From the human T2T-CHM13v2.0 reference genome, Homo sapiens, in NCBI RefSeq assembly GCF_009914755.1, contig NC_060927.1: DNA of 64,000 bases; one strand, 5' to 3'. The stretch's first letter is position 1; every line of letters starts with the position of its first letter. Both the position numbers and the translations under genes were made by a program. Positions 12,379 to 23,544 of this stretch are shown here, piece by piece. The notes under the pieces are model-generated. The model made no database searches and was not told the origin of the DNA. It was given only the letters and a program-made list of their open reading frames with translations.

Positions 12379-12925
12379 GCCAGGCGTGGTGGCTCACGCT
12401 TGTAATCCCAGCACTTTGGGAGGCCTAGGCGGGTGGATCACGAGGTCAAGAGTTCAATATCAACCTGGCCAAGATGGTGAAACCCTGTCTCTACTAAAAA
12501 TACAAAAAAATTCGCCGGGCATGGTGGCAGGTGCCTGCAATCCCAGCTATTCAGGAGGCTGAGGCAGAGAATTGCTTGAACCCAAGAGGCAGAGGTTGCA
12601 GTGAGCCGTGATCACGCCACTACACTCCAGCCTGGGCGACAGAGTGAGACTCCATCCATGGAATACTATGCAGCCATAAAAAAGGATGAGTTCATGTCCT
12701 TTGCAGGAACATGGATGAAGCTGGAAACCATCATTCTCAGCAAACTATCACAAGGACAGAAAGCCAAACACCACATGTTCTCACTCACATTAGGAGAAAT
12801 ACCTAATGTAAATGATGAGTTGATGGGTGCAGCAAACCAACATGGCACATGTATACCTATGTACCAAACCTGCAGGTTGTGCACCTGTACCCTAGAATTT
12901 AAAGTATTAAAAAAAAAAAAGTTAC
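12379..12925 (+). mobile_element. AluS fused to an L1PA6-like 3' end
   Basis: Alu 12379-12655 lacks its tail; L1 3' UTR 12656-12920; shared TSD AAAAAAAATTTAAG (12366-12379, 12926-12939). Confidence 0.88.
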
Positions 12926-14355
12926 AAAAAAAATTTAAGTATATACAGAAATATCTAGCACCTACAATGTAAAATTTACAATCAAAATTTACCAGGCAGA
13001 TAGGCAAAAAGCATAAAAATGTAATCCAAAATGAAGAGAAATATATCAGTCAATAGAAACATGCACAGAAATGATGCAGATAATATAACTAGCAGACAAG
13101 GACATTAAAGCAATTATTATAATGTATTCTTCATTTATATATAATTATGTGGAATTACATATTATATATAAAATGTATATAATTATTATAATATATTCTA
13201 CATTTTCAAGAAGGTAGAGGAAAGCGTACATTAAAGTGAGGAAAATCCTTAGCTACCACACTAGGAAGTCAATAAAAATGACTAATAATAAATACATATA
13301 AATATATTATTTAGATATATGGTTGTAACCACTGTAAAAATATTAAAACTGCTTCTTTTTAAGATATATCATGTTTATGTAAGATAATATTTATTATTTA
13401 ATTATTATTTAAATGTCTATTATTCCTAAATAGGAATTTATTTCTTAATGTCTATTATTTCTATAGATTCCATGTAATTCCAATACAAATTTTAGCAGGC
13501 TTTTTGTAAAAATTGACAAGTTGATTCTATGCAAAGAACCTAACCAATCTTGGAGATGAAGAACAAAGCTGGAGGATTTACAATATTAGATGTCAAGATT
13601 TAATTAAGACAGAATGATACTGGCACCTGGATAGACAGATAGGCCAATGAGATAGAATAAAGAGTTCAGAAACAGACCCACACATGTACAGTTACCTGAC
13701 TTATGACAAAAGCATCACTACAATCTAGTAAGGAACAGATGGTCTTTTCAACAAAAAATACTAGGTCAATCGGATATCAATATAAAAACAAATGACATGA
13801 TCTCACACCACCCATAAAAATTATTCAAGATGTAAAAACAATAGAGCTTCTAGAAGAAAACAGAATTATTTTATGAATTGGGAGTAGGCAAAAGTTCTTT
13901 AAGTATAACACAAAAGCATTAATCTTTAAAAAAAGACTAATAAGTTGAACTTCAGTAAAAGAAAAAACTTCTATTCAACAAACAACTCTATTAAGAGACT
14001 AAAGCCACATACTACAGCAAGGTATTTTATATGTGTAAACACACACACACATACACACACATATACACATACATACATGTCATATACGTAGTCACTCATA
14101 TATATAAATAACCAAAAATAACTCATGTATATAAATAACCAAAGCTCATATCCAGAAGATATACATAATTCCTGCAACCCAGTTTTAAAAATGGACAAAA
14201 GACTGGAACAAACACCTAACAACAGAAAATATACAAATGATTGGTACATATATGAAAAGGGACTGAAAATCACTCATCAGGGAGATGCCAATTTAAACCA
14301 TACTGAGATGCTACTACAGAATAGCTGGAATTTAAAGGGCTGACAATCCCAAGCA

Positions 14356-14837
14356 TGAGTATTATGGATTTGTGTCCCCCCAAAAAGCTATGTTGAGGCC
14401 CTAACCCCCAGCACCTCAGAGTGTGACCTTATTTGAAAATAGGGTCTTGATAGAGGTAATCAAGTTGAAATGAGATAATGACAGCAGGCCTTAATGAAAC
14501 ATGACTGGTGTTCTTATAAAAAGGGAAAATTTGGACACAGAGATGGACATACACAGGGAAACCTATATGAAGAGACACAGGGAGAACACTGAGTGAAAGC
14601 AGAGGATTTGGAGAGATGGATTCATCAGCCAAGAAAACCAAAGGTTGCTGGCAAACCACTAGAAGCTTGGAGACAGGTATGGAACAGATTCTCCCCACCA
14701 AGTCCTCAGAAAGAACCAACTTGCCTGACACTTTGATTTTGGACTTCTAGCCTCCAGAACTGCGAGACAGTAAATAACCAGTTTTAAGCCAATCAGTTTG
14801 TAGTACTTTTTTACAGTAGCCCTAAGACACTAACACA
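14356..14837 (+). mobile_element. MaLR LTR (MLT1-type)
   Basis: GTGTCCCCCCAAAA...CCTAACCCCCAG...GACTTCTAGCCTCCAGAACTG...CTAACACA. Confidence 0.85.
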
Positions 14838-15884
14838 GTGGGGATCAATTGGGATTCTCATACATTGATGGTAAGTGTGTAAACTGAAGAGTGTAAATTT
14901 TCAAACCGTTTTGAAAAACTGACAGGATCTAACAAAACTAAACATGCATATAACCTATGGCCCAGCAGTTCCACAACTGAGTATATAACCAACAGAAATA
15001 AGCACTTATATCCATCAAAAAACGTACACAATGTTCATAGTAGCATTATTTATGGTAGCCAAAAATAGAAACAACTCAAATATCTATTAACAGTAGAAGG
15101 GATAAACTGTGGTATAATCATTTTAAAGAAAGATTAAAAAGCAATGGAAAAGAATGAACTACTGATACATGTAACAACACTGATAATCTTAGACATCATA
15201 TGAGTTTTAAAAAAAGGCCAGATGCAAAAGAATCCATACTGTAACACTCTATTTATATGGAATTCACAAACAAAACTAATACATGGCAATAAAGATTCAA
15301 CTTTGAAGAGTATTTCCTGAAGTGAGGGGGACATGGGGAAACTTTGTGGAGTGCTATAAATGTTCTCTATCTTAATCTGAGTAGTAGATATATTTATACA
15401 TCTGTAAAAAATTTTCAAGATGTTAAGATTTACGTATTTTATGTAAATTATATCTCAGTAAATGGCAAAAAAAAACATTCCCCTGGAAGTCAAATTGGTG
15501 CATGAGAGGGATAAAACCAGAGCCACCTCTGGTTGTCTTTTGTTTAAAGTCCTTTGGTTCCATTTGATTTTTTATTTCTTAATACATACATGTTCATTAA
15601 TTAATTTGATATAAAATAAATAATTCATCAAAACAAAGTAAATATGTATTATATAATTTTTAAAATCTAAGTGTTAAACAAATTTCCCACACTTAAACTA
15701 GAAAGGAGTGCACAGAAAGCTCAGGAAAATATCAGTAGCAGTGACAAGAGGATTCCTTGAGATTTCAAGTCAGTGGGTACTTCCAGAGCCCTCTTAACTG
15801 GCCACTTCACTGACACTACTATAAACTATGTTATTCACACATGTGCTCTCAAACATCTTAGCTTGTAGAGAATATGGATCCTAC

Positions 15885-16015
15885 CGATTCTTTAGCTTCA
15901 TTAGGCCGAGTTCATGTTTCTCTTTTTCCCAAGCTAATTCCTTTTCCACTTGTTGAATTTTGAAAGCTGTTTTTCTGTGCATCTCAGCACGGATTTGGGA
16001 ATCTACATCAAAATC
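15885..16015 (-). CDS. CFAP44: CFAP44 coding exon (~exon 22), [43 protein letters not shown](R)
   Basis: 131 bp; acceptor CTGCAG, donor GTAGGA; coiled-coil-like peptide in frame with both neighbours. Confidence 0.93.
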
Positions 16016-18634
16016 CTGCAGATAAGAAGATCTGTTCATCAAAATGGGTACTGTATCAACTCTGTTTCATATATTTCAGTTTTGTCCCCAGTTTCATGCT
16101 GCATCATAACTCTTCCCCAAATATCATAAACTCTGTCCATTACAAAAGAAAAACAGCTTATTTTAACTTTACTTCCACAATATAAGGAGAAATGTTCTTC
16201 GCAATTAACAATAATACAAATAAAGCTACACAGTTTAAGATTTTTTCCCACAATAAAAATAATGAATGCTATCAATATTTGGAGAGTATACAGTTTTAAA
16301 GACGCTATCTCAAAGAAACTACTATTACATAAAAATTGGACATGAGGTAGATGCTTATGGCAACTGATCATTATCTGAACATCCCCCCTGGTGTGACCCC
16401 ACCCAGGAAAGATAGCAGTATCTGGTGTCTTCTTGACATCACCAAGTTTTTGTTGAATCTCCTTCACAAAGGGCTCCACTTTCTCCCATAAGGATACTTA
16501 GAGGTCTCATGTTTCTTACCCTCATCCCTGGAAAAATATCAGAGCCAATATTTGTGATAAATTGTGAGTAGTAATTATTCTTTTCAGAGGTGTTTGTGTG
16601 TCATTTAAGTAATGATGTGTACAAAGTGCTTAGTCACAGCACTTGCCTCAGTTGTTTTTTATCTTAAATTTTATTACCCATGCTCTGGAAGTTTCAACAT
16701 TTTTCTTAGAAAAATAGCATAAAGGTCTTTTAACTATTTTGACCTGGTTTTTTTAACCAACATGATTAAATCATGATTTCACCAAAGCATTTTTTATATG
16801 AAATTGGCAAAGTGCTTCTAGAATTACAGGACTGGGTAACCCATGAATATATTAAGAATTATGGGTTTTTACTTGATCAGATGGTTAATTAACTCCATTT
16901 AGGAAGAGGTACAAAATGAAAAAAAGCTAACCACTAGCAGGTACATGGGGCTTTGCAATAAGTCACAAAAGAAAAAAAGGTAGAATACAAAATTGGCTTA
17001 AACAATTTTGTGATTGCCCCCATAGCTACAACTAAATTAAATCATTTTTAAAAATTTTGTAGATCAACCGGGTACTGTCTTTTCAACAGATCTGATAAAT
17101 TATAGAAATAGAAGCACAGACAATCAAATTATACATGCATCTACCCATTGTATTTTGGCTAAGTACAATAAGAGTTGATAACCAGATTCAAACCTATACT
17201 TATGTCTTATCTTGTTACCAAAAAAAAAAAAAAGTGTGGTAGGTAAATCCAATAGTAAACTTTGTATTACGTAAAGAGGTTCATCTGCTTCCAAACCAAG
17301 CAGTGTGTCAAGTTCTAGAGTAGTTTATTTGCTGCAAACATACTGACTGGCCAGATAAAAAGAAGCTTAAAGATGATTTTGGCTCTTCACTCTTAGACAT
17401 GGCCATGTTATTATCAAGTGAGATACACCAGACACCTTATTATTGTAGAAACATGTAGATTGTATCACATCCTATGGCTCAAAGAAAGATGATTATGAAT
17501 ACTATATGTCTGAGTATTTGAGAATGAGTGGTGTCTATTGGGGTTTGACAGTATTGGATCTCATGGGACAACTTCACTGCATGAATAGTGAAGAAATTCT
17601 GACATTTATTAAGTCTTGCCAACATGAGTTTGGTAGAATAAGTGCTAATATCAGACATGATCCTCATCTTTTATACACTGTTAGTGCTGTCCAGATTCTT
17701 ACTCTGTATGATAGTATTAATGTTATCGATGTAAAAAAGTTGTGGAATATGTTCCAAGTCTATGGAAAGAAGATGTTTCTCTTGCTGGAGACTTTTGGGG
17801 TCCCACTGAGCAGCTGCTCTAACTGGAGCTAATGGTCTGCTGGAAGTTCCAGCGTGCACTGTGGTAGTTTTATCAGCATACAGAATTACTGGACCAGAGG
17901 GGGCCAGCCTGAAAGATAAGGGATGAACACAGTGCAGGGCAGAGAGACCAACTGTTTCATAGGATGGGAAAAATCTACTTTTATAAAGTAGGGGGAAATT
18001 GATACAAGATTCTCTTTTTGTGCGGTGGAAACTGGCTCTCTTGGGGAAGCTTGATGCTACTAATATAAAAAAAAAAAAGGCAGTTGAATTTGTTTTATCT
18101 GTGTATGAATTTTGATGGTGGATTTGGTTGCAGACCAGGTTCTGAATTCCATGCTGGGCACATTTATTGTTGCACAGGATTCCTGGCTATTACCAAGTCA
18201 GTCGCATCAAGTAAATTATGATTTACTTGGTTAGTGGTTTTGTGAATGAGTTACCCTTGGGTGGATTTAATGGAAGGCCAGGGAAGTTAGCAGGTGTATG
18301 CTATTCATGGTGGGTGTTGGCTTTCCTAAAGATCACTGGAAGCCTTCACTGGATTGAGAGAGATAAACCGCGTATGTAATTTCATCTGTCAGTCCTACTT
18401 TTGGCATGCCTGAAGAAGTGCTTCAGAGGGTGAATATTCAGCCTGAGCTAGTAAGCTAGATTCATTGAGGCAAAAGTTGCGTACTATAGTATAATTTTGC
18501 CAACTCAACATGTCTGTATTTGAAATGCTTATGAAATCAAAAAATGACTACTATTATTTTGTGTATTGTGTTAAAGTAATTTTATAATTTACAAGAAATT
18601 ATATAATTATACATATTGTAGAATAAAGACCTGT

Positions 18635-18937
18635 TTTGTTTTTTTTTTTTTTGAGATGGAGTCTCACTCTGTCCCCCAGGCTGGAGTGCAGTGACGTGAT
18701 CTCGGCTCACTGCACACTCCACCTCCCAGGTTTCACGCCATTCTCCTGCCTCAGCCTCCTGAGTAGCTGGGACTACAGGCACCCACCACCACACCTGGCT
18801 AATTTTTTTTGTATTTTTTAGTGGAGACAGGGTTTCACCATGTTAGCCAGGATGCTCTCGAACTCCTGACCTCATGATCCGCCCGCCTCGGCCTCCCAAA
18901 GTGCTGGGATTACAGGCATGAGCCACCGCGCCCAGCC
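18635..18937 (-). mobile_element. AluY-like element inserted in the RABGGTB retrocopy 3' UTR
   Basis: Reverse Alu; TSD TAAAGACCTGT (18624-18634, 18938-18948). Confidence 0.93.
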
Positions 18938-19001
18938 TAAAGACCTGTATTTTATTTTCTGCTTTATATTTTGAAGACCTGCTATTCTGACCACAATTTT
19001 T

Positions 19002-19938
19002 TTTTACCAGAAAACAAACACCAATTTTATTAATATAATAGCAACAGAAAGGGTTTCTAATTTCTCAGAAGGCATGAAACCAGCACAAGTGTTATAAGAT
19101 TAAATGCCTACATTTCTTGTTCTGATAGCTTCCCACCACACACCGAAGGTTCCTCAAGGATAACTGCCACCAGAGCTGCTGCAAGAATATGTTTTTCACT
19201 AGGCATAGCTTCACAGTCAAATCCTCAAGCAGAAGACTAAAATATTATTTCTTTTTAGAAGATCTTGGTTGAGGGAGAACATATCAATATGGAGAACAGG
19301 GCTTTGCTTCTCAAATTCAAGAAAAACCATTAGCTAATCTATCAATTTTTGTCTGATACAGTGTACCGGAGTGCTCTGTGAAGAATCCTTTTCCATCCCT
19401 TCCATGTGTCTGGGTGAAGGGACAGGAGGGGGTGGCAAGGTGACAGTACACTAGAAGGCACTCCTCGTGATGCTCTGGGCTCCACTCCCTTTCTGCTGGT
19501 AGTAGCAGGCATCTTTTCTGGCAGCTGCAGCAGCTTGATGTGGAGGGGAGGAAGGGGCCACCACCAATCACCTCTTCTTGAAGCCGTATTTTTTGCATTC
19601 ATAGAAAAGGTCTGTCTTAGAGTTACCCAAACTGACAATCTTTGGGCAGCCATCCCTATCCTTCTCCTGGATGGTGCACTTCCTTACAATAATAGGCATC
19701 AGAAACCCCAGGGCCTCCACAGATCACACAGCACCTCTGGTAAGATCCATAGTTAACGCTCATCACATATGTGCATCAGAGTGCAGGGATGCACATAGGA
19801 ATCACAAATCACACACTTGCCATCACATTTTTCACACAGTCTTCCGATAGCAATACCAGTCTGCTTGCAGCAAAAGATCAAATCGGGATGACGTTTAGCC
19901 ATAGTTCCCAACGAAGCCAGCCACCGGACGCTTCAGGC
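19002..19938 (-). pseudogene. PHF5A: Processed pseudogene of PHF5A (SF3b subunit), full length with UTRs
   Basis: ATG at 19902: [42 protein letters not shown]...YGFKKR* (TGA 19568-19570); two +1 frameshifts (335 vs 333 bp); AATAAA 19026-19031; A tail; TSD CAATTTTT (18994, 19939). Confidence 0.95.
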
Positions 19939-20016
19939 CAATTTTTGTTTATACTTCAGTGTATCTGTTATTCATGTCTCTATAAAAGAAAACTTAAAAG
20001 AACTCTTGGGTTCTAC

Positions 20017-20022
20017 TTTATT
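20017..20022 (-). terminator. Candidate intronic poly(A) signal for a short CFAP44 isoform
   Basis: AATAAA on the gene strand about 250 nt after the read-through stop TAA (20270-20272). Confidence 0.6.
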
Positions 20023-20284
20023 TCTTCCCCATGTATTCCTTTCATGTGTTCTATAACAACAGTTGATGTAAAACAATTTGTGTCAACAAGAATCTTAACT
20101 GATTAAAAGGGATAAACCCCACATACAGATTAAAAGATGCCCAAAATAAATGGCTATTGAAATTTTGAAAGAAACAAACAAAAAAGAAAGATGATTTTAA
20201 GTGTTTCTACTTGTTGGGAAAATAGTCATCTCTATCCAGAAATAGCATATGTTAAAATAAAAATCAAGTTTATATTAGGCTTAC

Positions 20285-20447
20285 TGTTCGTTTAAACTGC
20301 ATATGCTTTGGTAATTTTTCATTCATTTCTAATAGATTACAAAATTCACTCCTCAAAGCTTTGATTTGCTCTCTCTTCCGTGCCTTTATTTCTCCCACTT
20401 CTTTCATTAACTTGTCATGTTCTCTTTTTCTCCTAGCATTCTCGATA
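20285..20447 (-). CDS. CFAP44: CFAP44 coding exon (~exon 21), (S)[24 protein letters not shown]...HMQFKRT
   Basis: 163 bp; acceptor TTTTCAG, donor GTAAGC; with the 56-bp exon gives 73 codons. Confidence 0.94.
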
Positions 20448-20616
20448 CTGAAAACAGAAATTTAAAACAATAACAGGTTGTGATACAGAAACAGCAGAGA
20501 AAGAGAAAATTAGTATTCAATAATTTGAAAATTCATTAAGCTTGGTCAACTTCTGCACTGTTGATTTGTTTTGCAAAATCTCAGGCCTAGTCAGTATTTA
20601 TCAAAAATTCCCATAC

Positions 20617-20672
20617 CTGTAGGCTTTGGGATCTTCAATGTCTTCTGGAATTGGCTCTGTTTCAATTCCAAA
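20617..20672 (-). CDS. CFAP44: CFAP44 coding exon (~exon 20), FGIETEPIPEDIEDPKAY(S)
   Basis: 56 bp; acceptor CCTATAG, donor GTATGG; 169-bp intron to the next exon. Confidence 0.93.
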
Positions 20673-21852
20673 CTATAGGAAGGGAAGTAAAAGGTTAGCC
20701 CTTTAAAATTGTATAGCATTTTCCTTAAAATATCTAGGAAGAAGTAAATTAAAAACTCAAATTGGTTCGGTTTTCTTTTTCTGCCAATTTCTAATAATTA
20801 TAGGTCTGAAAATCAGTTTCACAAAAATCCAAGGAAAAAAATGCAGTTTACTAAACTTACTTGTTTCTGCTTTATTTGAAGGAGTACATAGGAAAAGTCT
20901 TAACCTAATCATATGTTTGCAAAATGTTAATATCCCCATAATTTCCCCTCAAAATGTAAATTACTAATGTTCATATGCTATTAACACAGAATTCACAAAA
21001 GTCTAGATCATTTATTTCAAAATGCTGTTTTTCAGTATATACCTTTATCACATGAATCATTTGTCCAAATACCTCAGTGTGTCCTAGAAATATTTCAATA
21101 TATATATTTTTACATTTTAAGTAAGCATTTTATATCACCTTCTCAAAGGAAGACATAAAGTGGAAAATGCAAAGAACAATATAATCCCCCTCCTTGAAAG
21201 AGAAAGATATGAAATCAGAAATACAAGTCTCCCTTCAGAAAGGAAATCAGTTTAAATTTGGGGGAACTAAAAAGTAAATCACTTAAAAGTACTCTGTTTA
21301 TTCAGGTACTGTGCTGTAAAATGTCTTAGTCTGTGATATTAAGGAAGGAGAATTATAACCCAGTGAACAAAATAGTCTTAGTTTGCTAACTAGTCTGTTC
21401 ATAAATAAAACTAAACTTTATTCCCTATTCTCTTTCACAGAAGATAGGTCTCTGTTTTGCTGTCATTTGTTGTAAGTAAATAAAGATTCTCTTTTGATAA
21501 AGTTGTTTTATTAGTCTTTATATGTATGAAATGTAAATCTACATATTTTTATGGAAGTCAAGGTTTATGACTTTAATAAAAGCAAAGTCATAAAACATGA
21601 TCAATATAAGAGACAGTAATGGCTAATAAATTGTACTGACTATTAATCACTTAGGACAAAAATTTACTGAATTTTATTTATTTTTTATTCTTTTATTGGC
21701 CAGAGCTAAGTACCTTGGTTTTCTAATATCAGTGTAACTTCTAGGATTTGATGCTGATACTGGGGCAATTGTCTCCTGGTCACAGTTGTTTCCAATAAGG
21801 TTGAGTTAAACAAAAGTTCCAAAAATATGCCAATCAGTTCCAAAATATATGC

Positions 21853-22030
21853 CAATGGGTCTCAATCCTAGCTACACAGTAGAATCACATGAAGGATAGT
21901 GTATACAATACTGAAGACTGGGCATCACCTTCAGAGATTCTAATTCAATTGTTCTTGGGTGGGCTCTGGCATCTGTACTTCTAGGGCTCCCTAGCTGATT
22001 CTAAAGTACAGTAAGGTAAGAACCTCAGAC
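21853..22030. mobile_element. MER5-like hAT-Charlie DNA transposon fossil
   Basis: AGAATCAC...CAGAGATTCTAATTCAATTG..TTGGGTGGG...GATTCTAA pattern. Confidence 0.7.
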
Positions 22031-23178
22031 CAGTGCTGAGCTTAGTTGTTTTCTGTTGTTTTTTTTAAAAAAAATCTTTCTCATTTTTTCTTTCTTAAAA
22101 GCTATGTCTGCTTCAGTGATTTCAGAAATATTGATTGCAGCCATAAATTTAAATGTGGAATAAATATTTTTCTATCCAATATGGGTTTCTGTAGGAGGGA
22201 TATTGACTGCAGCTGTAAATAAAAGGACATGATTATTGAAATGTGGAATAAACATTTTTCTATCCAATATGGGTTTCTATAGAGAGGGTTGGCACCAGGT
22301 AGAAAGGCATTTTCTTCTTGTTCATATACTTTCCCTCCTGCAATTCCTTTTTCTGAGGTGGACCCTCTCTAACCAGCAGCCCATACTCCAAATTTTGCTA
22401 TTAGAAGAAATGAAAATTGACCTACTCATATCTTCCCTACATTCTTTATGTGTACTTTGAAGTAGGCTACCTGCTAAATGGGAAGCCAATATGTTCAAAG
22501 GAATTTTAGCTATAATCTTTCTAATACAACTCCTTTCTCCTTAGGAGCAATTCTAATGGTTATTACCTACTGACTTTTTCCAAATAAATTGCTTGATAAT
22601 ATGAAATTAAAGTTCTATGACAGGAAAAAAGGACATAATTTGGGGATCTGAACCCTCAAACTTCATCATAAAGCCAAAAATCTAGTTCTGCTTTTAAAAA
22701 AATACTTTATACTGAATCTTTAATCATGACCCACATTGTCACATTCTAATACTAAAAACAACTATATTTTTGCAACCCCTATCAAAACCACACTTTATGG
22801 CATATGTCCTATATCAGCCCTTACAACGAGTGAATGAATAAATGAAAAGCAAAAGAAAATCTGAAAAAATTGCAAACTTTGAAAAAAAACCTTTGATTAA
22901 GAAAGTTTTTTTAATATACAAACTTTTAACTACATAGAAAAACTGACACATTCTTTTTTAATCTGGGGAATTCCAATCTTTAATAATAAGGGGAATGTAA
23001 TACCTTTAATATTTGATATATAAGCACCAGAAAGTCAAATTATAATAGTAGCAGGAAGATTAGACCATAAGGTGAATGTGTCTAAATAACTTTTAATTTA
23101 TAACGAATATGAACAATTTTAATATCACTATTTTTAAATACAGTTTGTTATTAATTAACTGGTTAATTAATTACATAC

Positions 23179-23449
23179 CCTGGGAGATGGAACTTTGGCC
23201 TTCATGTCTTTCCTTAGCATAAATTCAGAAAAAATGTTGAAAACAAAGATATTGCCATCTGCTCCAGCAGTCACCAAGAAACGATCATCAAAGCTATTAG
23301 CAATACTTTTAATACATCCATAATTATTGTCATGCATATTGAAGTGCCAGTAGTCCACCAAACTGGTCAATGAAGGATCATTTTGATTTAGGACATAGAC
23401 TCGAATTGCTCCATTTTTCATTCCACAAAACATCATAACTTTGTTAATG
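23179..23449 (-). CDS. CFAP44: CFAP44 coding exon (~exon 19), WD40 region (N)[18 protein letters not shown]...[16 protein letters not shown]...KVPSPR
   Basis: 271 bp inside ORF 23167..23460; acceptor TCGTAG, donor GTATGT; WD40-like [14 protein letters not shown]. Confidence 0.95.
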
Positions 23450-23544
23450 CTACGAAACAAAAAATGTAAATTGTTCTTCCCATTAATCTGAAAATAATGC
23501 TTAATTTCAACTTAATTGACAAGTGGCTAAATTAATAACAAAGT

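Larger units (their letters stand above)
10840..15475 (+). mobile_element. Old L1M-type LINE (5' region, ORF2 fragments, 3' end), interrupted by younger inserts
   Basis: Sequence ...CCAGAACAAAGCTCAAGAAT resumes as AATATCTAGCACC...AAAATTTACAAT after 12949; ORF2-like pieces at 13460-14340; 3' end with A tail at ~15470. Confidence 0.7.
17381..20186 (+). pseudogene. RABGGTBP1: Processed pseudogene of RABGGTB (Rab geranylgeranyltransferase beta), interrupted by an Alu and a PHF5A retrocopy
   Basis: Intronless [20 protein letters not shown]...[21 protein letters not shown]...[16 protein letters not shown] (TAG 18457-18459) with frameshifts; AATAAA at 18622 and 20145; A-rich tail 20168-20186; 12-bp TSD AAAGATGATTTT (17369-17380, 20187-20198). 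Confidence 0.93.

Noticed and set aside
16039-16479. 146-aa minus-strand ORF just upstream of an exon
   Set aside because: Non-ATG start, no recognisable domain, stops before the real acceptor; CFAP44 phases are complete without it
17381-17800. SNORD45 copies expected from the RABGGTB host gene
   Set aside because: The retrocopy is spliced and no box C/D snoRNA sequence is visible
19568-19902. Functional PHF5A retrogene
   Set aside because: A +1 frameshift gives TAA after 49 codons and a second frameshift follows; zinc-ligand Cys residues are lost
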